Program-made: the position numbers and the translations under genes
The notes under the pieces: generated by a model
The model's input: the letters and a program-made list of their open reading frames with translations, nothing else
Told to the model about the DNA's origin: nothing
Database searches by the model: none
Part shown: in pieces, positions 42,796-55,060 of the stretch
How positions within the stretch are numbered: position 1 is the stretch's first letter
Layout: the number at the start of each line of letters is the position of its first letter
Origin: the human T2T-CHM13v2.0 reference genome, Homo sapiens
DNA length: 64,000 bases
Assembly (NCBI RefSeq): GCF_009914755.1
Contig: NC_060930.1
Direction: 5' to 3' (one strand)

Positions 42796-44589
42796 AATAA
42801 CAGATCATACCCACCCTACTCCCATCATTCTATTCTTAGAGGGATTTTGTTTTAAAATACCAACAAAATAGGACTGACATATGATCAGAATAAATAACAA
42901 ACTCTTAGAATATATGTAGCTTTTAAAACAAACCACTACATTCTCCATGGTTTAAAACAAACCACTATATCTCACTAATGTATTTCTGGAGTATCACTGT
43001 TTCTATAATTAATACAGAGAGAAATTATAAGTGTATTTTTATAATTATTGGCCCAGTGTACTAAAAAAAAAGAAAAAAGGGAAAAAATATCATTCAGACA
43101 AAGAAACACAAAAATCTACATAGTCTTATTTGGGAAACTAGTAGTACATACTGCAGAACTTTCATAATATATTTGGAGAATTTTAAATTTAGTGATTCCA
43201 AAAAAACATGGATTTATGCCATAAATTACCTCTCCCTCAGTTCTGAATACTGCAGAGCACGTCTTTGAGCAAACATAGAGTATCTGGGACCACAGTAGTT
43301 CGCTCTATAGGTGTGCCAATCGGTAATGATCCATGGCTGCATACCCTGCTCTGTAATACCCCAGCCGTCAGCCAACCAGAAAGCCCCAGAGACTTCTCCG
43401 GCCATCTGAAAACACTGCCATTAGAGAAGGTTCTGCCTGGCTGTTTTCTTCTCTTCCCGGGAAATATGGCCAGATTATTGCTGACCTATCTGGAGGCAAC
43501 AGGAACATGGTAATCTGTTCTTATTCTAATGGATCTTCCATAACGTTTCCCACAAAGAATTACTAACCATTCATGACCTTAATCAAATAACGGTAAGGCT
43601 GCCGCCTTTTCCCTCAGCCATCTTTCACAATCTAAAAATATGTCAGGGTAGAATAAACTTTGTAGAGTTTCTGTTTTTCTTTAAGAAATTGACTGAGATG
43701 CAGAAATGATCTTCTTCGCCAACATTCTTAGTATTGGAACTGATTTGATAGTTGTTGCATGTTAAATAAGTGGCATTTTTTATTCAGTCTCATTTAAAAA
43801 TTGTACAAAACAGAGCAGATTATTTGTCACTTTTATTTGTCTACAGTTTTTTTAAATTTTTTAAAATTCACCGTCTTTGTATTTCTTGAATTATGCATTT
43901 ATTCGTGGAGCCCTTTTTACATACATATTTAAAGGAAACGTGTGGGTTGCTCTTAAGTTCCCACTGTGGACATTCGATTGACATTTTTAAAAATTCCATT
44001 TATGCTTTGAGATTAATGGAAAAATCAGTGCTTTTAAAAACGATTTTGTTTCCAAGATGTTTGCCTGCCAAAATCTGAATATAATTTAGTGTAGGTAACT
44101 CAGAGTTATGTGTAGAGGGAGTTTGGATGAATGGTTTATCAGACTCACACTCTTGTAGCCTTTGGTTTTGTGTGTTGTAGAAACGGGTTGGCAAACAACA
44201 GGACCAGTAATCATTCTGTGCGTCTCTGGTGGAGTAATATAAGCAATAGTTCATGTTTTCAGTTTCCATGTTGCGGGTAGAGAGTTGAGAGCCTAACATT
44301 AACACTTCATTTTTAGACTACCTTGTTTTTACTTTGTTTGCTTTTCAGTAATAATTTTGTTTCATTTCTTTATACTAATTCATGACGTTTTGAAGAGAAG
44401 GAAGATAAAAGTGACAAATTCTTTGCTTCTATTGTGTTCTTTTTGATAATAGCTTTATTGAGATACAATTCTCTATCATACTTTAAAAATCTTTGCTCAA
44501 AGCATAACTTACTGCAGTTTGAAACTCCTGTACATTTAGCCAGTGATCTGTTCAGCTACCAGCTCTGAGATGAAAATAGGCAATAAGGC

Positions 44590-45720
44590 TCTGTTCCTTG
44601 GAGAACTTGCTTGTATTGAACCAAAATCTGTCTCTTTGACATTTTGATAATTGGAACACCATGGAACAAATCTAATCCCTTTCTCACATGACAAACCCTT
44701 ATGTGAAGGCAGTGATTACAGCTTCCTGAAATCCTGCCTTGAGGTTAAGAATTTCCAATATTTTTTGTTTGCTTTTTTTTTTTTTTTTTTTTTTTTTTGA
44801 GACAAGGTCTGTCACCCAGGCTGGAGTGCAGTGGCATGATCACAGCTCACTGCAGCCTTGACCTTCCAGGCTCAACCGATCCTTTTACCTCAGCCTCTCA
44901 GCCTCCTATATAGCTGGGACTGCATGTGTGCACCACCACAGCCAGCTGATTTTTACTTTTTTTGTGGAGATGGGGTCTCCCTATGTTGCCCAGGCTGGTC
45001 TCAAATTCCTGGGTTCAAGCTGTCCTTCCTCCTCAGCCTCCCAAAGTGCTGGGATTACACAGGTGTGAGCCACCTTACTCAGCTATCCAGTAAATATAAT
45101 TTTGACTACTGTCTCCATTCCTAATTATGGTCCTCTGAATTCAGCCTCTCTTATAGCATGGCTCCCAGAAAGGAGCACAGGACCCAGGAATGTCTGGTCA
45201 GAATAAAGCAGTGAAGGATTACATCTCCCTCATTCGGGGGTGCTAATTGTGTGAAGGTGCATGAATTCCTTTTGGGGAATGTTGAACTTGCCAAACATTT
45301 AATTAAACCACTAGATAGTTTTGTGTTTTTTTGTAAGCCATATTTTTCCTTTCCCAAAAATATTTTATTCTGTATCACTTGACTTGCTTTGTAGCAAATG
45401 AAAATTTGCTACAAAATTTATGAAAATTTTTGAAAATTACAAAATTTTCATTTGCTACCTTCATCACTTCATCCACTGATAAAAATATGAAGAACGACAG
45501 ACTTAAGAATAGAGCCCTGGCCTCCCTCCACAGTGCTATTGCTAAGTGCTGATATTTCACTTGATTGGTAATCCACTTCATTGTAAAGCATCCAGGCAAG
45601 TTTTATCCATTTTGTTCATAGGATAATTTCTATTGTCTATGAGTTACCTCCCTAAGTAAGAAATGAACCTAGCAGGTATGATTTGTTTCCAGTAAACAGG
45701 CTGTTGTTTTAAGTCACTAT
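44590..45720 (-). mobile_element. L3/CR1 fragment interrupted by an Alu
   Basis: Antisense CR1-like blocks: 'aacaaatctaatccctttctcacatgaca', 'ggctcccagaaaggagcacaggaccc', 'tgataaaaatatgaagaacgacag...agagccctg', 'gatttgtttccagtaaac'. Confidence 0.6.
44773..45083 (-). mobile_element. AluJ, full length
   Basis: Poly-T; 'tcacagctcactgcagccttgacc', 'ggggtctccctatgttgcccaggctgg'. Confidence 0.95.
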
Positions 45721-46049
45721 TCCTGCATGGAACTCAATTTTCTTTCCCCATAAAATGAGGCAGTTGGGCAAGAACATTCCACCTCACTAATCACATAAAC
45801 TTTAAAAATGAAGCCTGAAGAGGACCTTTTGGTTCTAGACCTTCATTTAAGACCCTGGGCCACCTCAGTTCCAGCAACGGTCCATATGCGTGGCCTTATT
45901 ACTGGGGCTTTCAGCTTCTAAAATTCTGTAATGTTTACTTCTGTTATACTCAGTAGGAAAACATTTTAATCAGGGAGAAAATTGGAAAAAGAGAGATAAT
46001 TTCAATGGGCTAAATTTGAATGCAACGCAAGGTGGTAATAGCAATTCAC

Positions 46050-46355
46050 ATTCACATTCCCATCTCAGAAATGTTGGAGGCCAGGCATGTCTCAAATTTG
46101 GATTTATATGACATCCTGAGGGAGCTATGAAATAAAACATTTCTGCCCAGAACAAACATTCATACAAAATGGAATAAATACAGACCAATAACATTGATAT
46201 TTCTGCAGCAAAGCATGAATATTCATAGAAAGTAGAATAAAGACTGTAACAGCATGTCAGTTAACAGCAAGTTTGTTACCCATACTTATGAAAAATTTTC
46301 TATTTTCAGATTTTCTTTTGGATTTTAGAATTGTAGAGAAGGCATTGCATACCTA
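46050..46355 (-). mobile_element. MER46C-like (TcMar-Tigger)
   Basis: 'aacattgatatttctgcagcaaagcatgaatattca...aataaagact...acttatgaaaaa...ttttggattttagaattgtagagaagg'. Confidence 0.7.
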
Positions 46356-46589
46356 TATTAGTAAAATCATTGGCACATAGTGTAAACAAAACCTCATCTT
46401 ATTTATTGGTTTTTATTTTTACCAAAACAGAAAGATGGGAAATTGGGCATGCTATGTATCCATTTGATTTTATAAAATTCATCCTAAGCCTTCATATGAA
46501 TTAAACATGGATGACACCAACTGACTGCCCCCCCACATAGAATTAACTACTTTCTCATTTGTGTTTCCACTGTATGCTAAACAGATTGT

Positions 46590-47045
46590 TTCATTCAATA
46601 AGCATTTATTGAGTCTCTACTAGGTGCCAAGCCCTGAACTAGGAAAATGGGCATATAAGAGTGAATAAGTCAGTTACTGATCATTGTCCTTATTGAACTC
46701 ACCAGTGAAGAGAAATAGAAAGGCATAATGGAAATGTTTGCAAATTAACAGGGAGGCTTAATGTGGTCTTTTGGTTCAGGGAACTCCCTGAGAATAAGCA
46801 TCTAGACTAAGACCTGAAGGATGGTGTGGTGCCAGCTGAATGAGGAGGGTAGGGGAGAGACATCACATATGTCCTGGAAGTGAACATATGGAATGGCACA
46901 GCTGGGAAGAATTTATTCAGTGATCCCAAAGGATCCTGTAAGGTTGGAGTATAGAGAAGAGGGAGAGTAGCTAGAGATGATGGGTTAGGGATCAGAGAGT
47001 GGAGGACCACATAAACCACATTAAAGAGTTTGGACCTGCTGGTAA
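46590..47045 (-). mobile_element. L2 3' end
   Basis: 'tcattcaataagcatttattgagtctctactaggtgccaagccctg...agacctgaaggatg...ttaaagagtttggac'. Confidence 0.8.
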
Positions 47046-47074
47046 CCAGGTCAGTCTTCTCTAAAAATGAACAG

Positions 47075-47255
47075 TTCTTTGAGTCATGGATCATATCCTT
47101 TTCTTAGTTTCCAGAGCTCATCACAATGACTGGCATATGGTAAATGAATATTAATCCAAGGGGAGGAAGGATGGAAGCTAGAAGGAAAGGAAGGAAGAAA
47201 AGGAGAGAAGAAGGTGGAAAAGAAGAAGGAAGGAAGAGGAATGAATTTAAGAATG
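47075..47255 (+). mobile_element. L2 3' terminus with GA-rich tail
   Basis: 'ccagagctcatcacaatgactggcatatggtaaatg' followed by (GGAA)-rich low complexity. Confidence 0.55.
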
Positions 47256-47334
47256 AACGATTCAATACAAACATAGAAGAAAACTTTTTTGAGTATGAGA
47301 GATGGGTGGTGTTAACCATTTAGAAAGGTGGAGA

Positions 47335-47495
47335 GGTGGTGTCTTAGCTAACGGTTTAGAATCTGGGTCTTTAAATGAAGCCTTAACTTATTCTTTACCC
47401 TCAGGCAAATAGCTTTGCTCTCAGGACCTCAGTTTTCTCTTCTGCAAAAAAGCTGTCATCTCTAGCTCTGAATGCAATAATTTTATAAAAGTAGC
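47335..47495 (+). mobile_element. MIR fragment
   Basis: 'ggcaaatagctttgctctcaggacctcagttttctcttctgcaaaa...tctagctctgaa'. Confidence 0.55.
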
Positions 47496-49602
47496 TTTCA
47501 AATGAATGTGGGGACAGATTTCTGTCATCCAGAGCACAATTGGTTGCAAATTGCAGTATGATTCTTGTGGATGCTCCATGTGAGGAAAGGATCATGGGAA
47601 GAGTCTGTATTCAGGAAGGTAAGTGCCCATATACAGAATCTAAGCTTTTTGATTCATCTTTGATTGAATATTCATTCTACTTCTAATAATATAGATGGAA
47701 GAGTTATTTTTCTTCAAATTTATATTCAGTAACACCCTCAACATCTCTCAAATTACTAGTGTCAGTTGAGACAAGAACAAAACAAGAATGTTAAAAATAC
47801 CTTGTGTCTCTATGCCATTGCCACAAAAACTCAACAGCCAGCTTGCTTGCCGGCAAAGGCTTTCTTTTCAGGGAAGATAATTTGCATGTGGGGCTCCATT
47901 CAAGTACTTTGAAAATGTGTCCAAGGAAACTTAGCAATTGAAATGATTATCAGAAACTGGTTGTGTTTTTCATTCTAAATCAGACTGATTTCCAAGACAC
48001 TCTTGGTGTGCTAGAGGAGGATGAAGAGAGGGCATTTGGAGCCCATTCTTAGTCTTCAAACTTTCAGGACACTTGAAATGTATTCTCTAGTTTGGCCTAT
48101 GGTAACTCAGTCTGTTTCCCTGTTTCATTACTCCAGTGTTGGCAGGTAAAATGTATATTATATGGTTTAGAACTTTGAAGAACTTTTTGTGGGTGTCTAT
48201 GCTTAAGACAATTTTAGTATTAGTAGACATTAATTATAGTCAGCAGTTTGGGGAACAAGCTAGGAATATATGGAGCCAGTGGGCTTGTTCATAATTTTTT
48301 AAAATTGGGGTTTTCTGCAGGGAAGATGCAAGAAAAGAGGCCAGATGGGTGTTATACAGGGACAGAGAAATCTCAACATCTTAGCATTTATGATGTTGTT
48401 GAAATAGTTAGCCAGTGAGGGAAGAGTGGAGAGGCTGAAGTCCACTGTCACCTGCAGGGTCTTGACCCAAGCTATGGAATTTTGGAGAGTTCTCTCCACA
48501 CATCTGGGCCTCACAGTCTTCTGTTGTAAGATGAATGAGTGAGCCTGCATGAAGCCCAAGGCCCCTCAGTTCTGAAATTCTACAAGGTCAGGAAGACAGG
48601 GTGCTTTACATACAGAAATTTTACAATTATGCATTTGCTTCTGAGATAAAATGTCATGAAGATTCAAGCTTATTCTAATAAAAAATAGTGACGCTTTTTT
48701 ATTTCAAGAAAGACTGCCAATTTCAGTCAAAGGAAAGTACAGTAGCTTCTAAATGGTTAACAGTCTTCCTTCGCATTTTGGGGAAGCTTAATGTACTGTT
48801 TACTTTCCTCACTGACTGTGCTTTAGACTTCAGAGTCCAAATGTGAATCGTTCCAGTTACAAACATATTTTACTGTTTTCCTTCATACTCACACTCACAC
48901 ACACATACACACTTCATACACACATGCATGCATATACATACACAAATTATATTTACGTATTTATTTGAAACGTTTTAACTATTAAGAACTTCTGCTACTT
49001 TGCAGCTTCAGGAACACTTTTTTTTTAGGTATTAGCATACATGACAATGCTTGCTATTCATTTATGGGAAATGAAACAGAAATTGGTACAATATGGGGTT
49101 TCTAGGAAATTTACTTCAGGAAGTCAGCCTTACCCAGAGTAAACTTCTGTCTGTTCATGTTAACACTTAACCTGAAACACATTGTCCAAGTCTGCTGGAC
49201 TCAACTCAAGAATACAAGTACATATAGAGGTCTCAGCATCCCATAAAATGATTAGTAGCAATGCAATGTCTTTCTGATTTTGTTTGCTTTCTTGTTTTGG
49301 CACTTTACTACTAGTATGACCTTCTGCTTAGCATGGTACTACTCCAGAGAGGGTATCTTGGATCCCTCTTCTACAAAATGAGAGAAAAATTATACTCTGC
49401 CTACACAAGACAGAACCTGTACAAGAAAGATTTCAAAAATACTTTTCGCTCTCAGAAGAATGCGATGCATGAATAAAACTTGTAATTTGAAAAACTTTAA
49501 TTCTCACTGATGCCCAACAGAATTTGATGTGGCTTAACAGAAAATCATTAACACAAGAGTAAGAGGAAAAGGACCAAGCCATGGGGGAGAAAAGAAGGGA
49601 AT

Positions 49603-49648
49603 TTGTTGTTGTTGCTCTGTTTGTTTTGTTTTGTTTTGTTTTGTTTTG
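49603..49648. repeat. (TTG)n/(TTTTG)n simple repeat
   Basis: Directly visible. Confidence 0.9.
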
Positions 49649-52143
49649 AAATAATTGAAGATCGAACATTGAATTTTCACCCCAGGGAATTTCTACATAA
49701 TGACAAAATTTGTTTAATTGTGGGATTAATAGGGGGCTCAAAAGTCTTTTACTTGGAAACTGCTGAGCCTGGCGAGCAGTGACTATCAGCAGTTACCATC
49801 TGACAGTTATTCTGTGGCTTAAGGAAAATGGCTTGTGGTCACAGTCCAATTCCTGCTGGACAGGTATCCGCATCATAAGAAACCACCACTAAATTTGGCA
49901 CCTAGACAAACTATTATTGGCAGCAGAGAAAGAAGGCCTGAATCAGCATTCGGATTTGAGAGCCCTGACCATCTAACCTGGTCACTCCAGGTCAGGGCTG
50001 AGAGTGGCGTGTTTGCAGGGTTTAAAATGGGAACATTTAAGGGATTATTGCCTGATGCCATTTGACGGTCTATGAATAAAATGATTATTCAGATATCTAG
50101 CGTTTCCCATCTGGCACATTTTTATGTACTTAATTGCATCAAGAGAAGGAAATACCCCGCCCCCTTATATTGAATATGATCTTTTATCAGCCTCTTAAAA
50201 AATACAAGCAGATACTGCAGGCACTATTACTATGTAACAGTGTATTCAAGTACTCAAGGTTGTTTTAAATAGTCATTGTGCTGACAGAGCTCACATTTTT
50301 ACAGAATGACAAAGCGATGATGAGGAAAAGCAAAGAAATCCATGCCAAAGGGCCATTCAGCAGTGAAAGCATGGCTTTTAGTGAGCTTGCACGTTCGTAG
50401 GCAGTTTACTACTGACCACCTCAAGGGCAGCAGAGGCTCCATGGTGGTTCTATCCAAAGAGTGGAATTCTCAAGGCTTTATTTGCCTTAAACTTGATGTC
50501 CTAGTAGACCTGATATCTACTGCAGAGAAGTATAAATGGCTTATTCTTCCAGTAGGAGCTCACTTTGTTTCCTTCACTCCTCTATACCTGGTTGCTTTTA
50601 GTCAACACACAGTAAAATACACCCTTGAATGGAGAGAGTATACTAATGGATCAAAGGTGTTCCAAGGGCATTGCCACCAATATGTCAACAGTAGGATTTA
50701 CCTGGCCCAGGGGGCCCGCCAGTCATTTAACAGGGTAGCAGTCTGGGGTGCCAATAGGCTCTGCAGCATTGTAGCTAAGGCTGACCTCAGTAGGGTGGTG
50801 CACCTCCTGCTGGTCAATAAATGAGGTAAATTTAATGGCAGCCTTTGAGGTGAACCAATGTTTTATTCCTTGGCCAAGGCTGAAAACGTGGCTGGCCATA
50901 AGGAGGAGAGGGTGATATTTAGGAGCGTGGAGAGGCAGGCAAAGTGCTCGTAAAGACCTTGGAAAATGCTTATAAACGTGGTTGAAAAGAGACAAGGCAT
51001 TGGAAACAAAAGCAGATTTTCCAAACCAAATCTCTGAGATGCAATTATATATATTTTTTTTCTGGAAACAAGCTCTGGTTGAACCGTGTGGTACAACTGT
51101 TAACAGCCTTTTGCCAGAAGGAGTCAAGTAAACATGGCAAAGAAATGTTTTTCTCCTTTAGGGAATATTCACTTTTCTCTTTCCTATGACTTTTTTTTTT
51201 CTTTTAGCCCTACCTGGAAATAGTTATAGTTGTTATAATCATATCAAACTAAATTAACGTAATTTAGAATAATTAAAGTTTTGTGGGTTTTTTCCTCTTT
51301 CTTTATACTGTATTTACTTAGTTTCTTTGCATAGTCAAAACTTTTGGCATTTGAAATCATTTAAATTAAAAATGTTGTAGATGCTTTTACAGTAAATCAA
51401 AGACAATTTTTTTTTACAAAGTTTCAATACACTTCCAAAGTCGCAGCAAGACGATAATTGTAAACAAAAGCAGTAGAACTGATGCAATTAGGGCAAATAT
51501 AATCTAATTAATAACTTACCTGTAGATGATCGTGATTTGAGGGATTATAAGGACTCACAATAGTTAAAATATATTTACCTGTCATTCCATAACATTAAGA
51601 ACCTACTTTCTCTCTCTCCCTTTTTTTTTAAATCTAACTTCTGACTTTCAGAGCTTCCTTTGTAAATGATTTTTAAATTGAAGGAAAGGGGTAGGAAAAA
51701 GCTCAGTAACCTTTTAATATTTTTTTATTGCTTTAATCTATACCTAGGAAATGTCAGGGTACACATTATCCAATATTTTCTGGGAGTTTTAAATTAGTCA
51801 AGTGCACAGGAAGCATTTGGTTTCCACTAAATACCTAAATACTTCCTCTTTTCTTGGTCTATTTTCTCACAATAATAGAAACAGAAGTCCTGGTCATTCG
51901 CAAAATCCTTCAACCTAAAGAAAGCTAGATGCTTTATTAGCATCTGATTAATACAGCTGCTTTTTAAAATCAACATGCTTATCTAAGCCTCTAAGATGCG
52001 ATGAGTTAAAAGCTAAAATGGAAAAATGAGATTCTGGATTGCTTTTTTCCCTTGTAAACAGCACCTGGGCTCCTACCAGTCCCCACAGTTAGCCTTCTTA
52101 CCGGTGAGGCCCCCATGATTAAGGCAGGTTTAACAGCTGCAGA

Positions 52144-52161
52144 TGCCACCAGGGGGTGCCA
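52144..52161 (+). promoter_or_regulatory. Putative CTCF binding site
   Basis: tgCCACCAGGGGGtGCca matches the core CCACCAGGGGGCGC at 13 of 14 positions; the mismatch is a CpG-type C>T. Confidence 0.5.
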
Positions 52162-52294
52162 AAGGACAGTACCTGCCTGCATAATAGGCTACAGGGCACT
52201 ACAAAAGACTGGAAGAGAATTCCCTAAAGCTAGAAAATTAGAATGTAGACCCACCTTGGGCCATGATGGAGCATATTCTTATAATAATGTATTT

Positions 52295-52485
52295 GTTCTG
52301 AGAGGCTCTAATCACTGCAGATGGACAGGACCATTGCAATCATCTCAGAAACGTCCTCATTTTATAAATGAGTCTGCTGAGATCTAGAGAGATTGAGGAT
52401 TCCTCCAACACCCATACTAGTAGACTGCGGCAGAACTGGGACCAGGACTGAGGTCTCCAGATTTTTCTTAGACCATCTTCTGCTC
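52295..52485 (-). mobile_element. MIR fragment
   Basis: 'cctcattttataaatgag...ctgagatctagagag...ggcagaactgggaccaggactgaggtctcc'. Confidence 0.65.
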
Positions 52486-53139
52486 CAACCTGCTATCGCC
52501 CCATGATGAAAATGCTGCCAAGAAAATTCACACATTGCGTTTGACCCTATCCCAGGGTCCTTTTCAACACTTTGGCAGATGGAAAATGATCTCCTTCCCT
52601 GAACATCCAGGTTTTAATTAGTAGATACTGTGAATGTTCACTTCCCAATTCCTCCTTACAGATTCATATAGAAATGAACAGAATTCACCCCAAGAACTTT
52701 GTGTTCTAGTTAGGAAAACCTCATTCCTATAGGAGTGTTTTCTAACTCTTTCCTACCTACTTATCTCCATTTTCTAGTGAGTACCAGCCGCAGGATCTTT
52801 CTTATTCCTCTGATCAGGACACTGTTGGCCTCTTGTCAAAACTAACAGAATCACTCTTGCCAAAAAATACATTAGAAACTAATATTTTAAAATATATTAA
52901 AATGTCTGTGTTACAATGCATGCTAAAAACCCATTTCCAACCTATGCAGACCCAGTGTCTTCCAGGTAAAACCTATGTTCCCGCTTTGTGAGAGAGCCCC
53001 TGCTTTCTTCAAAAACAACCAATTTCGGGGCCATATTATAGATCTAGGTGAAGAGCCCACAGCACAACATAAATTAGAATTAGAATCATAACTGAAACCT
53101 TTTAGAGCGCCTATTGATTTTAACATGCCTGGTCCATAG

Positions 53140-53300
53140 AGGCAACCTCAGTGAGTCCACTTCCTCCTAATTTGACAGCTGCTCAGCTATGGCCAGAGCT
53201 TGGACTAATGAGGTTACAGCTGTCAGGGTTAATCAACAGATCCAAATATGAACAAGGAATTGGGTAGCTGGTTTCAGTTAATTTGTGCAAATGTACGGAT
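53140..53300. promoter_or_regulatory. Candidate enhancer (paired MEIS/TGIF-E-box sites)
   Basis: TGACAGCTG 53173-53181 and its reverse complement CAGCTGTCA 53217-53225, with ETS-like CACTTCCT and CArG-like CCAAATATGA nearby. Motif evidence only. Confidence 0.35.
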
Positions 53301-54469
53301 TGGGTGGGCAATATTTACACTGGTGACTCAAAACAAACTTTCAGGAATGGAGCCAAAAATGATCTCACCAGTTCTCAGCTCTGCTCTGGAGAGATAAGAC
53401 ACAAATTACAGAAACAGGAGATGGAACACGAAAGAGTTCATAGTTTCAAACTACCCATGAAAAGCCCATTTATATCCAGCTTATTTCCCTCTTTATCAAG
53501 TATCTAATTTAATTTCTAATACTTGAGTTTCTGGTCATTCCACAAAAGGTTCTCAAACTGTCCCCTGATGATTCAGTGTGGGATGTGTGGGTCTTCTTCC
53601 CTTGCCATGGGACTTTATGTAACAGTCATCCCTCTCCCAATCTGCACACATATGAGAGCATCCAAAGTAAATGCCACAATCCCTACATGTCCATTTTGTT
53701 ATGAAAACATCATTCTATTAATATAAATACAGACTGCATTTGCCAGAGCTAACTAGAACAGGTGCAAAGTCTTTAGATGCTTGCTTGCACTGAGAAATGA
53801 AAAGAGTGTACAAACAGTTTCTCTTGTGGTGGCACTGCTGGTGTCGATGTAACATTCATCTCTGTTGCATTCCTTGATGTTCATGGAAGGTAGCCCAGGA
53901 AACTCAATACAACCTGCTTGTAGGGTAGAGAAGGAAGAAGCAGGAAGAGAAAGATAGTGATGACATGGTCTCTAGGATTCTGTTTATGCAAATACTCTCC
54001 CCTTGATCTGGGGCTTGTGCGGGTTATGTATAGAGTACATTCTGTCAAATCTCCTGCTGAGAGTTAAGGGATGCTGCCAACATAAATATTCTGGTGATTC
54101 TGAATTTAGAAAACAGCTTAAAGGCTCCTGATGTTTCTGTTCTTCCTCTTCTTTTTTTTTTAATCTTATCCATGTGACTGCCACCGTGTTGCCCATGGTT
54201 TCAAATTTACTTTGTAGTTTTCCAAGCAAGAGAAAGTCATTACCTGAAAGGCACATGTGGGTTTCTGTCTGCATCATCATGGTTATCTCAACACTGCACT
54301 TCATTTTGTGGAATGAGAGCATTAAATGCATATGCCACTAGGTGGAATAGTCTTAATAAATACATAATAAATATTCTATGTGATGGTTGAGGATCTTATG
54401 TGCATGATTTTATATATTTTGGGAGTCCATCTTTAAAAGTGAGTTCCTAAGTGTATGTGTGTTAGTGTG

Positions 54470-54702
54470 TATTTGTACAGAATATATATATAATATATAT
54501 ACACACACACATATATATACTCTGCATACACATATATACATATATATGAAATCTTATATATAGTAAAAGCATATATTTAAACTTCTATATGTGTGTATAT
54601 ATATGAGTATATATATATACACTCTGTATGTATATGCATATATATATACTCTGTATGTATATGCATATATATATACATATACATATATATATATACATAT
54701 AC

Positions 54703-54742
<40 letters not shown>

Positions 54743-54767
54743 TCTATATGCATACAGAGTATATATA
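54470..54767. repeat. Complex (TA)n/(CA)n low-complexity array
   Basis: Directly visible; includes an exact 27-bp tandem duplication at 54621-54674. Confidence 0.95.
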
Positions 54768-55002
54768 CAGGTTGAGTGTCCCTTATCTGAAATGCTTGGC
54801 ACCAGAAGTGTTTCAGCTTTCAAGTTTTATTCAGATTTTGGAATATTTGCATTATACTTATCAGTTGAGCATCCCAAGTTCAGAAATCCAGAATCTAAAA
54901 TGCCTCAATGAATATTTCCTTTGAGTAACCTATAGGTGCTCAAAAGTTTTGGATTTGGAGTGTTTCAGATTTTGGATTTTCAGATTTGGGGTGCTCAACC
55001 TG
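54768..55002 (+). mobile_element. Tigger4a (MER46A/Zombi_A) MITE
   Basis: Terminal inverted repeats caggttgag...ctcaacctg, preceded by TA; body 'cccttatctgaaatgcttggcaccagaagtgtttc...gattttggaatatttgcattatactta'. Confidence 0.88.
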
Positions 55003-55060
55003 CTCAAACTCTTATATATAGTGGTTTGGGATAAGTTGTTGCCAATGTCATTGCAGCAGT

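Noticed and set aside
50342-50824. 160-aa ATG-initiated ORF in unique sequence
   Set aside because: No recognisable domain, weak Kozak context and no promoter or splice support; would need PhyloCSF or Ribo-seq evidence.
54554-54924. Ile/Tyr-rich ORFs
   Set aside because: Translations of the (TA)n array.
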